Origin: an uncultured bacterium
Lineage (GTDB): Bacteria; Chloroflexota; UBA5177; JANWHV01
Length of the DNA stretch: 59,107 bases
NCBI GenBank assembly: GCA_963729625.1
Contig: CAVSOU010000001.1
Coordinates: 1-59,107, forward strand
Direction: 5' to 3'
Shown here in pieces: positions 40,131 to 48,965 of the stretch (its first letter is position 1; every line of letters begins with the position of its first letter). A program made the translations under genes and the position numbers. The notes under the pieces are model-generated. The model was not told the DNA's origin. It saw only the letters and a program-made list of their open reading frames with translations, and made no database searches.

Positions 40131-40598
40131 ATGAACGTGACAGATGGGCAGGAGGTGCCGGCGGTGCCCAAACGCCGTTCCCGGAAGCCACGGCGACTCG
40201 GCAAGCTGCCGCCGCGTTTCAAGTTCTTGCTCAATCCGTATACGGACGTGCGATTCACCACGTGCCCGAACTGCGGTGGCCGCACGCGGCAGCGCAAGTT
40301 GCCGCTCGTCATTCACGTCGACCCGCAGAGCCCGTTCTCGCTCAACATGACGTGCCGCTACTGCCCCTTCTGTGATCTGCTCATCGCGCATCAGGATGTG
40401 CTGGAATCCCTGATGGCCAGGATCTTTGGCACGCTCAGGCCCGAGGTGGTAGGCAACGAGTACCTGGTCCTCGGGACTATGGAGCGAGCCGACTGGAAAC
40501 GGGGCCTCACCGACCCGATCAGCAGCAAAGACCTGCTTGCCACCCTGCACGACTTCAAGGACTACGTGCGCGTTGAGCCTGGCGGCTGGCGGCGATAG
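40131..40598 (+). CDS. Hypothetical zinc-binding protein
   Basis: LNPY..RFTTCPNC...CRYCPFCDLLIAH; start uncertain. Confidence 0.75.
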   Translation: MNVTDGQEVPAVPKRRSRKPRRLGKLPPRFKFLLNPYTDVRFTTCPNCGGRTRQRKLPLVIHVDPQSPFSLNMTCRYCPFCDLLIAHQDVLESLMARIFGTLRPEVVGNEYLVLGTMERADWKRGLTDPISSKDLLATLHDFKDYVRVEPGGWRR

Positions 40599-40762
40599 GG
40601 CTGCTGCCACACGCTGAGCACAAATGATCGAGGCTAAGCGTATAGTTATGTCTGAGCACGCCGGCTTCCATAGCCTATCGTGCCGAATCCGCGCCACATG
40701 CAGCGGCGACAGCAGTGAAGGCTGGCATGGGCGCAATGATCGCACTGAGCATGCAAGAGTAT

Positions 40763-41040
40763 CTAGCTCACCCAGGACTCTGCGCGCAGGGTCGGCACAT
40801 GCGTGAAGTCGCCGTCGGGCGTCAGGAGCGTGAGGTCGTGCCGCAGCGCCGCCGTGGCGATCAAGGCGTCGACCGTGGCAAGCTGCCGGCCGCGCCGGCG
40901 GAGCGCCACCTGCAGGCGAGCGGCATGGACGGCATCGACTTCGTCCAGGTCCAGCAGCACAAACGACGGTCGCAGGACCTGCCACTCGACCCAGTTCCGG
41001 ATAGCACGCGGCAGGATGCCGAAGCCGGCCACCGTCTCCG
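40763..41040 (-). pseudogene. N-terminally truncated PIN/VapC toxin
   Basis: C-terminal PIN motifs VDALIATAALRHDLTLLTPDGDF present; first DT strand and antitoxin missing. Confidence 0.75.
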
Positions 41041-41158
41041 TGGTACACGGACTGCGGGCAACAACAGCACAGGGTGGCAACGCTCTCCACCAGATCGTTG
41101 GCCATGATCTTCGCCAACTTATCCTTGAGAAGACGTGCAGGGCAGAGCCACTTTGTGT

Positions 41159-41186
41159 TGCTATCACTGTCGCTGTCATGCTAGCA
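41159..41186 (+). promoter_or_regulatory. FitA-type operator TGCTATCA-N12-TGCTAGCA
   Basis: Imperfect inverted repeat 30 nt upstream of the fitA-like start; one mismatch from the Neisseria FitAB site TGCTATCA-N12-TGATAGCA. Confidence 0.75.
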
Positions 41187-41216
41187 TTGACTACATGTAG
41201 AGAGGAGTGCTGTCAC

Positions 41217-41456
41217 GTGGCCGTTGTCACCGTTCGCAACGTACCGGAAGAGACTCATCGCGCACTGAAGCTTCGCGCTGCCCAGCACGGGCGCAGCACT
41301 GAAGCAGAAATCCGTGAGATCCTCGAAGACGCCGTGCGCCCTGCAGCACGCGTCAAAATCGGATCACAACTGGCCGCCTTCGGGCAGCGGTTCGGGGGTC
41401 TCGATCTCGACATCGCGAGAGAGCAAGCGCCAACCGAGCCTGCCATATTCGAATGA
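41217..41456 (+). CDS. fitA: FitA-like ribbon-helix-helix antitoxin
   Basis: VTVRNVPEETHRALKLRAAQHGRSTEAEIREIL; GAGGAG RBS; GTG start. Confidence 0.9.
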   Translation: MAVVTVRNVPEETHRALKLRAAQHGRSTEAEIREILEDAVRPAARVKIGSQLAAFGQRFGGLDLDIAREQAPTEPAIFE

Positions 41457-41878
41457 TCGTACTCCATACGAATGTTGTCTCAGAGCCGATGCGACTCGCC
41501 GGGAATCCCAATGTGCGGGCCTGGCTCGATCGACAGGTGGCCGAGACGCTGTATCTGACGGCGACCAGCCTCGCAGAGCTATTGCTCGGTATCGAGCTGC
41601 TGCCGGAAGGCAAGCGCAAGGAAGGGCTCGCTACAGCCTTAGCCGACCTCATGGCCACGATCTTCGGCTCTCGCGTGCTGCCGTTTGACCGGCATGCTGC
41701 AGAAGTCTATGCCCCTATCGTCAGCCGCGCTCGCGCAAGCGGCACAAGCATCTCCGTCGCGGACGGCCAGATTGCAGCAATCGCGTCGGTGTGGGGATTC
41801 ACCGTTGCCACGCGCGATACCGCACCCTTCTTGGCGGCAGGCGTGCCAGTCATCAACCCGTGGGAGGCCAACGCTTGA
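41453..41878 (+). CDS. fitB: FitB/VapC PIN toxin with first catalytic Asp changed to His
   Basis: MIVLHTNVVSE, ADGQIAAIA, VATRDTAPF, INPW; ATGA overlap with fitA. Confidence 0.88.
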   Translation: MIVLHTNVVSEPMRLAGNPNVRAWLDRQVAETLYLTATSLAELLLGIELLPEGKRKEGLATALADLMATIFGSRVLPFDRHAAEVYAPIVSRARASGTSISVADGQIAAIASVWGFTVATRDTAPFLAAGVPVINPWEANA

Positions 41879-41896
41879 TCCGTCTCAGCCCAGCCG

Positions 41897-43945
41897 CTAA
41901 AGCTCCACCACCTTCGTCACCGCCCTGTCCACGTCGCTGTAGAACACCACGTCGAGCTTCTCCACCACCTCCTCCGGCAGGCTGGCAAACTGCAGCTTGT
42001 TGCCGGTCGGCAGCAGCACCCGGAGGGCGCCGTTGTCCAGGGCGAGCTGGAGCACTTCGCCGATCGATGACAGTGGTTTGACGTTGCCCTGAATGGTCAG
42101 GTCGCCGAGCACCACAGTGCCGGCCTGCACACGGCGGCTGCCGATCGCTGAGAGGATCGCAGCGAAGAACGCCACGCCGCAGGCGCATTCCACCCGACCG
42201 CCGGAGAGGTCGATCGCTTCGGCCACCACATCCTTTTGCGCCAGGGCCTCAGACAGGCCCATTCGGTCGCGCACCGACCCGAGGTACGCCCAGGCGCGAT
42301 TCAATGACTCCTTGAGCCCGTGTTCGAGGCCGGTCGGGGTGCGCAGCTTTCCCGTACCCGCCGTCAGTGTCACTTCCAGCCGATACAGGGACATCCGCGC
42401 TTCGTCGTCGATCGCCGCGGTGTAGACCGTGCCTGGCGGCAAGGGATCGGCGGAGATTACGCCGCGGCCTCCCTGCTCGGGCACCCCAACGGCGCGTTCG
42501 ACGCCGTCATCCAGGTCGAAGTACGAGAAGCTGGTTTTGTAGAACTCGAAGGAGCCGCGCTTCTTCAGCTGTTCCTTCACCCTTCGGCGGCCTTCAATGG
42601 CCAGCTCGAGATACTCGCGCAGCTCATCGCGGCTGACTTCGCCGTCCGGATGCAAGAGCTTGAGAAACCCACTGACCGTGCGCCGCACCGCGCTGGCGTC
42701 ACGCCCTTCCAGATGCGAGCCCAGGCGGAAGTGCGCGTCGATGGCGTCGAAGCGGTTCTGCTTGCGCAAGGCTCTGAAAGCCTCCGACATGTAGTCGGTC
42801 ACGAATCCATAGTGGTCCGTGAGCAGATCCTTCGACGTCTTGGGTATCTCCCAGCCCGGCAGATAGAAGTGCAGACGGTCCAGGACCGCCAGGTCGAATT
42901 CCTTGGCCAGCGGCTGGAACAGGTCGGTGCCCGCATTCTGCACCAGGGTCTCGACGCTCTGGTTGAGGTTCCCGACGAAGGCCAGGGACGCGTCCGCCAT
43001 CACCTGCGTCACGCCGCGGCTGAAGCGGCCATTCGCCATGTAGTCTTTCATGATCTGGATGGTGTCGGAGTCCGTCACCTTCATGCCGGCGACCTCGTCG
43101 AAGGCCACCGTGTCCCAGTGCCCGACCAGGCCCACAGTCCGGCGCGCGTTGTTGTAGAAGAGGTTGGCGCTGCTGGCCTTGCCGCCGGAGATCAGGATGC
43201 AGTATGGGGACATCTCGCTGAACACGTAGCTCTTGCCTGTGCCGCGCGGGCCCAGCTCGATGAAGTTGAAGTTCTTCTCCACGAAGGGGATAAAGCGGCT
43301 GATGAAGAGCAGCTTGAGTCGCCTCTCCATCCGGTCGGGCTCCATGCCCGAGCTGCGGACCAGCACATCCATCCACTGCTCGGTCGAAAAGGCGTGGCGG
43401 CCTTCGCAATACTCCGCGAAGTCGAAGCGCGCGAGCTGAATAGGCCGCAGATCGCCGATATGGAACGGACTGCCGTGCTTCTTCGCATTGCCGTCGTCGT
43501 CAGGCTCCGGACGGTACTCCACGTCGATCAACGCCCAGATACCGCCCTCCAGTAGCCGGTCGTATTGGCGATAGAACCGCTCGTTGACGTGGATGCGGTT
43601 GAAGCTGAAGTTATCCATCGCCGCCCAGTACTTCATCTCACTGGGCAGGAAGCGCACCTCAATGCGATCGATGAAGCGATGGCTGCCGCGCCGTTCTACT
43701 TCCGATTGCGCCCTGTTGGCCTGGTCGTGGCGGAAGTAGTTGTCGCCGAGGGTCGTCTTGACCGCTTCGATGCCAAGACGGATCTCCTCCGGGTCATCGG
43801 AGGCGCAGTAGCGGCCGAGCAGATACTCCAGCACGTAGCTGGGCACGTTCTCGCCGCCTTTGATCAGGTGAAGCAGATCCTTGCGCACCACCTTGCCGGG
43901 ATAGGTGCGCAGCAGGAGCTGGTCCAGGGCGTCGGTGTCGCTCAC
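41897..43945 (-). CDS. brxL: BREX BrxL (AAA+/MCM-like plus Lon-like domain)
   Basis: YPGKVVRKDL, NVPSYVLEYLLG, ELGPRGTGKS, FDEVA, RRRVKEQLKK; last gene of the operon. Confidence 0.93.
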   Translation of the reverse strand: MSDTDALDQLLLRTYPGKVVRKDLLHLIKGGENVPSYVLEYLLGRYCASDDPEEIRLGIEAVKTTLGDNYFRHDQANRAQSEVERRGSHRFIDRIEVRFLPSEMKYWAAMDNFSFNRIHVNERFYRQYDRLLEGGIWALIDVEYRPEPDDDGNAKKHGSPFHIGDLRPIQLARFDFAEYCEGRHAFSTEQWMDVLVRSSGMEPDRMERRLKLLFISRFIPFVEKNFNFIELGPRGTGKSYVFSEMSPYCILISGGKASSANLFYNNARRTVGLVGHWDTVAFDEVAGMKVTDSDTIQIMKDYMANGRFSRGVTQVMADASLAFVGNLNQSVETLVQNAGTDLFQPLAKEFDLAVLDRLHFYLPGWEIPKTSKDLLTDHYGFVTDYMSEAFRALRKQNRFDAIDAHFRLGSHLEGRDASAVRRTVSGFLKLLHPDGEVSRDELREYLELAIEGRRRVKEQLKKRGSFEFYKTSFSYFDLDDGVERAVGVPEQGGRGVISADPLPPGTVYTAAIDDEARMSLYRLEVTLTAGTGKLRTPTGLEHGLKESLNRAWAYLGSVRDRMGLSEALAQKDVVAEAIDLSGGRVECACGVAFFAAILSAIGSRRVQAGTVVLGDLTIQGNVKPLSSIGEVLQLALDNGALRVLLPTGNKLQFASLPEEVVEKLDVVFYSDVDRAVTKVVEL

Positions 43946-46485
43946 TCCATCCTTCCATTCTTGAGGGATAGCTTCGCAAAGATGGCACCGGTGCGCGGGT
44001 CTGTAGCGCGAATCTCGATTCTCGAGCCGGTGAAGTTGCTATCGATCACAAGCGGCACGGCTGTCTCGACGCCGGCCTGGAGCGTGATCTCGCCGGTGTC
44101 GGCGTTGCGGGCATCGCATTCCGCGGCCACTCCAACCATGCGCGCTTTTGGGCCGACTCCATCATAGGCCTCGACGCGCACGTCCACCGACTGGCTGACG
44201 AGACTGGCGTTTACAAGCTTTGCTTTCAGGCTGATCACCGTGGTGGTGAAGCGGTCCTTGCTATAGGTGAGCGCGATCTGTTCGCCGCCGCCCAATGGCT
44301 GCGCCTTCTGCAGACGGACGACAACTGCCGGCACAATGCACTCCTGCAGCGACAGGCCCTCATGAAAATAGCCGGCGCCGGCATTGAACGTCTTGAAGCC
44401 CATAGCAGTGACATAGTCCTCGATCGAACCGACGATGCCCACATCGCGTGCGGGAAGGCGCAGAATACCGGCTGCAGTGCTGTGCGCTCTGCCAAGCAAC
44501 GAACGCCGCGTCTTCAGTAACCACTCGCCCGCGGGCGCGGACAGCGCGTCGCCCGCCGCGACTTCGGGCAGGATCATGTGCCCGTGGTCCGCTGCGAAGA
44601 CCAGTGTCTGGAAGCCGAGATTGGCCAGGCGAGTGGCAGCGCCGCGAAGCTCGCCGAGCACCTCGGTCATAGAGCGGCGCGCACGATGCAAGCTGATACC
44701 TTCACCCAGATCGTCGATGTCCTGCGTGCGAACCACCAGGAGGTCGGCCACGCCGATCTGTTTAGCCAGTGCTTTCTGGGAGACGGCGCGCAGGTCCTCG
44801 AGCGTGATATCGACGACCCGGTCCCGGTAACGCGTCTGTAGCAGGGCCTGGCGTTCAGCAAGGCCGGGTAGAGGCGTACCGCCCACGGCAGGGACGGCGT
44901 CCCCCTTGTGCTCCACTGCGGTGAAAGCACCGTCGGCACCCGGCAGCAGCGCGGCCATGCCGAACGCCGTCTTGGTGGGCAGGACCGCAGTGATCGGATC
45001 GAGCTTGACCTCTCCGAGGCCGGCGAGTGTGGTCACAAGGTCACGGCCCATCTCGTAGCGCAAACTATCGACCAGAATATACGCGGTGCGGCGCCGCTCG
45101 TTCAGCTCGGGGGCCACGTACGTATCGAAGATCTGGGTCTGCCTGCGGATGCCGTCTGGAGGCCAGCCGCCTGCCTTTACATTCTCCTGGAAGACGACTT
45201 GAGTGCGCTCTACCACCGCGCGATACCTGGCCCGGCAGAGGCCCAGCAACTCTTCTACCTCGTCGTCATGCTCGCACTGCGCATGGGCATACTCATACAG
45301 CCGCTGGGCGCGATCGAGCCCCCAAAGCCCCTCAGACCCGCTGTACAGATCGACCAGGACGTGGAGTGACCGCGGGAGACTGATTCCGTCGAGTTCGGCG
45401 GCGACGGCCAGGAAGCCAAGTGAACGCTCGACCGCGCTCCAGAGCAACGCGCGGTCGGGCTGGCGTCGCCAGATTGACGTCACGCCGCCGCACAGTGCCT
45501 CGGCGGTGGCCAGTCTACCCTGAACCGCGGCGGCCACCACACGCTGCAGACGCAGGCGATCCTGTATGGCAAAGGTGTCACGCGAGCCAAGCCGGGAACT
45601 CGAGCCAAGCGCTCCAGGTATGCGCAAGTCGCGTTCGGCTTCGCCGGCCAATGCAATGTAGGCGTCGCGCCCGGCCTCGGTGTCCCGCAACCGCGCGCAG
45701 ACGGCGAGAACATCCTGCCGGTGAGGATCATCGGCATGTGGCACGCCGCTCAGTGCCGCGGGCAGGCCCTCTGGTAAATCAAAGGCCAGCTCGCTGGCAA
45801 GCAGATACCGCGCCAGGCGGCTGCGCAGGGCAGGCCATTTCTCATCCTCATGCTGAGGAAAGCCGATCTTCGACCCGGCCAGTCTGGCAAGCTCACCGGA
45901 AGCGCCGGGTACAGCGCCGAGTCGCGCGGCGGCTTCCGGGTCGCTCAGTGCCATGCTCAAGACTTCGACGGTGCTGTCGCTCCCGAACGCCTGAGCCACA
46001 AGCGGGTACCGGCTCCCGGCCTGCAGACTGTCGAGGAGTACCAGCGTGGGCTTGCTCTCGCGAAATAGCCGGGCGATCTCCGTGGCCTGATCGGGGAGCG
46101 CCTGGACAGCCAATGCCTGCAGCTGCTCACCTTCGTGGCTGCCGAACGTCGTCCCACAGGACGCGAACGCGGCGAAAGGATCCTGCCGTCGAGCCTCGGC
46201 GGTCATTTCGAAGCCGCCGGGAACGTAGATCAGGAGGTTCGCGCTTGCGCCGTCACCGCCGTTGCTCTCATTCAACTGGCGGTACGCCGCTTCGGCGGTG
46301 CGCCTGGCCCGCAGCGCCGACCCACTGGCAGAAACCACGATCGTATCGGGAGATTCAAATCCCTTTAGCAGGCCCTCGAAGTCGCACTGCGAGTCATACC
46401 AGACCACTACTCGGCGCTCACGCAGAATGGCGTTGACGCGGTCACGCACGTGATCGGACACAGGCTGAAGCGTTGCCGGCTTCAC
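43942..46485 (-). CDS. pglZ: BREX PglZ phosphatase-domain protein
   Basis: VDSLRYE, LPTKTAFGMAALLP, ADHGH, YFHEGLSLQE. Confidence 0.92.
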   Translation of the reverse strand: MKPATLQPVSDHVRDRVNAILRERRVVVWYDSQCDFEGLLKGFESPDTIVVSASGSALRARRTAEAAYRQLNESNGGDGASANLLIYVPGGFEMTAEARRQDPFAAFASCGTTFGSHEGEQLQALAVQALPDQATEIARLFRESKPTLVLLDSLQAGSRYPLVAQAFGSDSTVEVLSMALSDPEAAARLGAVPGASGELARLAGSKIGFPQHEDEKWPALRSRLARYLLASELAFDLPEGLPAALSGVPHADDPHRQDVLAVCARLRDTEAGRDAYIALAGEAERDLRIPGALGSSSRLGSRDTFAIQDRLRLQRVVAAAVQGRLATAEALCGGVTSIWRRQPDRALLWSAVERSLGFLAVAAELDGISLPRSLHVLVDLYSGSEGLWGLDRAQRLYEYAHAQCEHDDEVEELLGLCRARYRAVVERTQVVFQENVKAGGWPPDGIRRQTQIFDTYVAPELNERRRTAYILVDSLRYEMGRDLVTTLAGLGEVKLDPITAVLPTKTAFGMAALLPGADGAFTAVEHKGDAVPAVGGTPLPGLAERQALLQTRYRDRVVDITLEDLRAVSQKALAKQIGVADLLVVRTQDIDDLGEGISLHRARRSMTEVLGELRGAATRLANLGFQTLVFAADHGHMILPEVAAGDALSAPAGEWLLKTRRSLLGRAHSTAAGILRLPARDVGIVGSIEDYVTAMGFKTFNAGAGYFHEGLSLQECIVPAVVVRLQKAQPLGGGEQIALTYSKDRFTTTVISLKAKLVNASLVSQSVDVRVEAYDGVGPKARMVGVAAECDARNADTGEITLQAGVETAVPLVIDSNFTGSRIEIRATDPRTGAIFAKLSLKNGRME

Positions 46486-46979
46486 AGCACGCGCCCCTGT
46501 TGAGGCCCGAACCCGAGCTGGACGCCCGAACCCTTGACCCGCACGGGGTACGGCCTGCCCCGGAAGCTCACCCTCTTCTTTAGTAGCCGTTCAAAATTGG
46601 CCGAGTGGACGCCCCCACTGTGCACAACCACCGGCATAAGCACCTCTCTAGCCCTCCCACGCGGTTTGACCTGGAACCTTGCGTCGCTCTCGATCGCTCG
46701 CGCGCCAGCCTGTAGCTGGGCCACTATGTCGCTCACACCCTGTAGCCGGCTCTTCATCTCCAAGACCATCCAGGTAAGGCCGGAGTTGTCCGCAGCGCAG
46801 AGCACGATGAAATCCGGTTTCTTCCCAACTATCGCGTTAAATGCGCTACATAGGTCGCAGGAGACGCAGCAGCACTGATCGGCATTCACCATTGCGAACG
46901 ATTTTCCGGCCCGAGGCTGAGCGACCAGGCAGCCACAGTCGTGGAGCGCTTTCAACAACAGAAGGCGCTCGGCGCTCAT
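46482..46979 (-). CDS. Small putative PD-(D/E)xK nuclease
   Basis: KKPDFIVL...VLEMKS...QLQAG; TAATG overlap with the ATPase and GTGA overlap with pglZ. Confidence 0.65.
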   Translation of the reverse strand: MSAERLLLLKALHDCGCLVAQPRAGKSFAMVNADQCCCVSCDLCSAFNAIVGKKPDFIVLCAADNSGLTWMVLEMKSRLQGVSDIVAQLQAGARAIESDARFQVKPRGRAREVLMPVVVHSGGVHSANFERLLKKRVSFRGRPYPVRVKGSGVQLGFGPQQGRVL

Positions 46980-48457
46980 TACTCGCCGGCCTCCGAGCTG
47001 CCTTCCTCGCGAGCTGCGGAGATGCGGTACGTCTCATCGCCGATGGCCTCGAGGACCGGCAGGAAGTCTTCCTCTGATATGCCGAACTCCTCGTCTATCG
47101 GCACCTCTCGCACCACAGTCCCATCGGTTTGACAATCAAACAGGTAGACACCGATATCCTCCTTGTTCAAGATGTCGGCCCCAGCATAACCCAGAGCCGA
47201 GCGCTCGTCCGGAGGCAGATTGGAGGCAAGGAGAAGATTGCTCAGTTGATGCAGTATGAGCGAGCTATGCGTAGGGCACACTACACGCACTCCGGCGCGG
47301 ATCAGTCTTACCAACACTCGTGCGATCTTGCGCTGGTTCTCCGGATGCAGGTGGGCCTCCGGCTCATCGATGATCAGAAGGTCGCCGGGCTCGACCACGT
47401 GCTTTATCCATAGGTCCAGTGGCGCAAGCTCAGCCACCATGGACGAAGCACGCTCAATCGGAATGCTGCCGGCGCCAGACCTGTAGAGTAGCTGGGCATC
47501 CGTCGGGCCCGATGTTTTCATTGACACGTTCCCGCGAAAGATATCCTCCTCTAGCGCGGAGAGCGCCGCCCTCATGGAGTCACCGGTTTCTCTTGGCCGC
47601 TGGGCCGTCAGTCCAAGCAGTATCTGCATGAAATCACGAGCGACCTCAGAGATGACTGGTACCGCTATCCGCCCCCTGCCCGCGAAGCGTCCAACTGTCT
47701 GCACAGCCACGGATGCAACCATCTGCCAGCCCTGAAGGACCCCCGAACGTGCAGCCGGCAGATAGAATGCACAGCTCTCTGGGACACCGTGCTCCTGCCC
47801 CCACGTTTGAAAGATGTCCCCAGCCGCTATCTGCAGCAACTCAAATGGGGGCGGTTCACTTCCAACCCTGCTCACGGTCTTGAGTGGTATTCGATAACCG
47901 GTGAGGCTGGGGCCGGTGATGGTAATCTCCTCCTTCATAGCGCCAACACCCTGCGTGATTTCGAGAAACGGCGGACTAGTCTGCCCAACTGAGAGACTCA
48001 CACTTGTTCCACTGCCGCCGTTTGGCGCGTGAGCAAGCTCTGAGAAGCTCGCAATGTTGAAGTAGTTCCTGACAGACCTGACGCATTCTCCGCGTACGTC
48101 GGCAATGTGCGACTCTATCGCGTCCTGGAACGCCTGCTGGACCCTCGAAGGTGCGCCGGAGAGCAGTGGATCGGTACGGGTACGCTGCACTGCCGCCAGG
48201 TAGTCTTGCATGTCCTCACGGTACTTATTGAACAGCTCAGGATCATACAGACTGGACCCCACATCGTATCCCGCGCTACTTCTGTACAGAGGAGCCCCAG
48301 TAATCGCCCGTGTCAATGCGTAGATGAGCAATGCCAAATAGGACTTGCCGCTGTTGTTCGGGCCGATCAGCAGGGTAAGGGGCCTCAGCTCAACCTGCCC
48401 TCTCACGATCGGGCCGACATTCTGAACGCTAATGCTCAGGTTCTTGTGATCGGCCAT
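46979..48457 (-). CDS. ABC-type ATPase (AAA_15/AAA_21-like, defence-associated)
   Basis: GPNNSGKS, YLPAARSG, ASSMVAELAPL, LIIDEPEAHLHPENQ, THS. Confidence 0.9.
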   Translation of the reverse strand: MADHKNLSISVQNVGPIVRGQVELRPLTLLIGPNNSGKSYLALLIYALTRAITGAPLYRSSAGYDVGSSLYDPELFNKYREDMQDYLAAVQRTRTDPLLSGAPSRVQQAFQDAIESHIADVRGECVRSVRNYFNIASFSELAHAPNGGSGTSVSLSVGQTSPPFLEITQGVGAMKEEITITGPSLTGYRIPLKTVSRVGSEPPPFELLQIAAGDIFQTWGQEHGVPESCAFYLPAARSGVLQGWQMVASVAVQTVGRFAGRGRIAVPVISEVARDFMQILLGLTAQRPRETGDSMRAALSALEEDIFRGNVSMKTSGPTDAQLLYRSGAGSIPIERASSMVAELAPLDLWIKHVVEPGDLLIIDEPEAHLHPENQRKIARVLVRLIRAGVRVVCPTHSSLILHQLSNLLLASNLPPDERSALGYAGADILNKEDIGVYLFDCQTDGTVVREVPIDEEFGISEEDFLPVLEAIGDETYRISAAREEGSSEAGE

Positions 48458-48965
48458 GGTCCCTTCCCTTCAAATCGTTGGAAAACGCGGACTGGCGAGT
48501 CGCCTGCTGCAGCTGCCGCACGAGCACCAGCTGTCGCTCCATGTTGGCGATGCGCGCGGCCGGGGTTTGCGCAAGCGCATTCTCTACCAACGACAGGTCC
48601 ACACCCCAGCGCTGCAGCTCGCGCAGGCGCGCGTGCCGTCCAGCCGCTTGGGCAGCGTGAGGTCCGGGCAGAATAGGTGTTGCACGCAGGCGTTCGCCCT
48701 GCACGAAGCGGCGCACCAGCTCAGGCAGGCTGTCGGTGCTGCCGCGATCCTCCTCCTGCACGATGAAGGCGGGCAGCAGTTGGATGTCGCGCATCAGCTT
48801 CTCGCGTGCCGGCGTATCCGCGGGACCACCACCCACGTCCGCCTCCGCCTGTGCGGCGAGCAGGGCCAGCACCAGCGCTTTGCTGCCGGCGGCATCTGGC
48901 GGTAGCTCGGACCTCAGCATCGGCTGCAACCGGGCATTGAAGGATTGCACGCGCGTCTCATTCAT
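48429..48965 (-). CDS. Hypothetical protein with antitoxin-like C-terminal helix pair
   Basis: 178 aa; start overlaps the pglX stop; GVDLSLVENALAQTPAARIANM segment. Confidence 0.65.
   Translation of the reverse strand: MNETRVQSFNARLQPMLRSELPPDAAGSKALVLALLAAQAEADVGGGPADTPAREKLMRDIQLLPAFIVQEEDRGSTDSLPELVRRFVQGERLRATPILPGPHAAQAAGRHARLRELQRWGVDLSLVENALAQTPAARIANMERQLVLVRQLQQATRQSAFSNDLKGRDHGRSQEPEH

Noticed and set aside
40628-40660. dif/pdif-like or attC-like sequence (GCTAA-GCGTATAG-TTATGTC; also CTCGCATAA near 39035)
   Set aside because: Only half-site similarity, wrong spacing and no paired R''/R' boxes
39777-41117. 446-aa minus-strand ORF across the TA cluster
   Set aside because: Overlaps three better-supported ORFs and lacks coherent motifs
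46979-48457. Calling the insert PARIS, Septu or Gabija
   Set aside because: The partner shows no TOPRIM/DUF4435, HNH or UvrD motifs, and the ATPase has no fused TOPRIM domain
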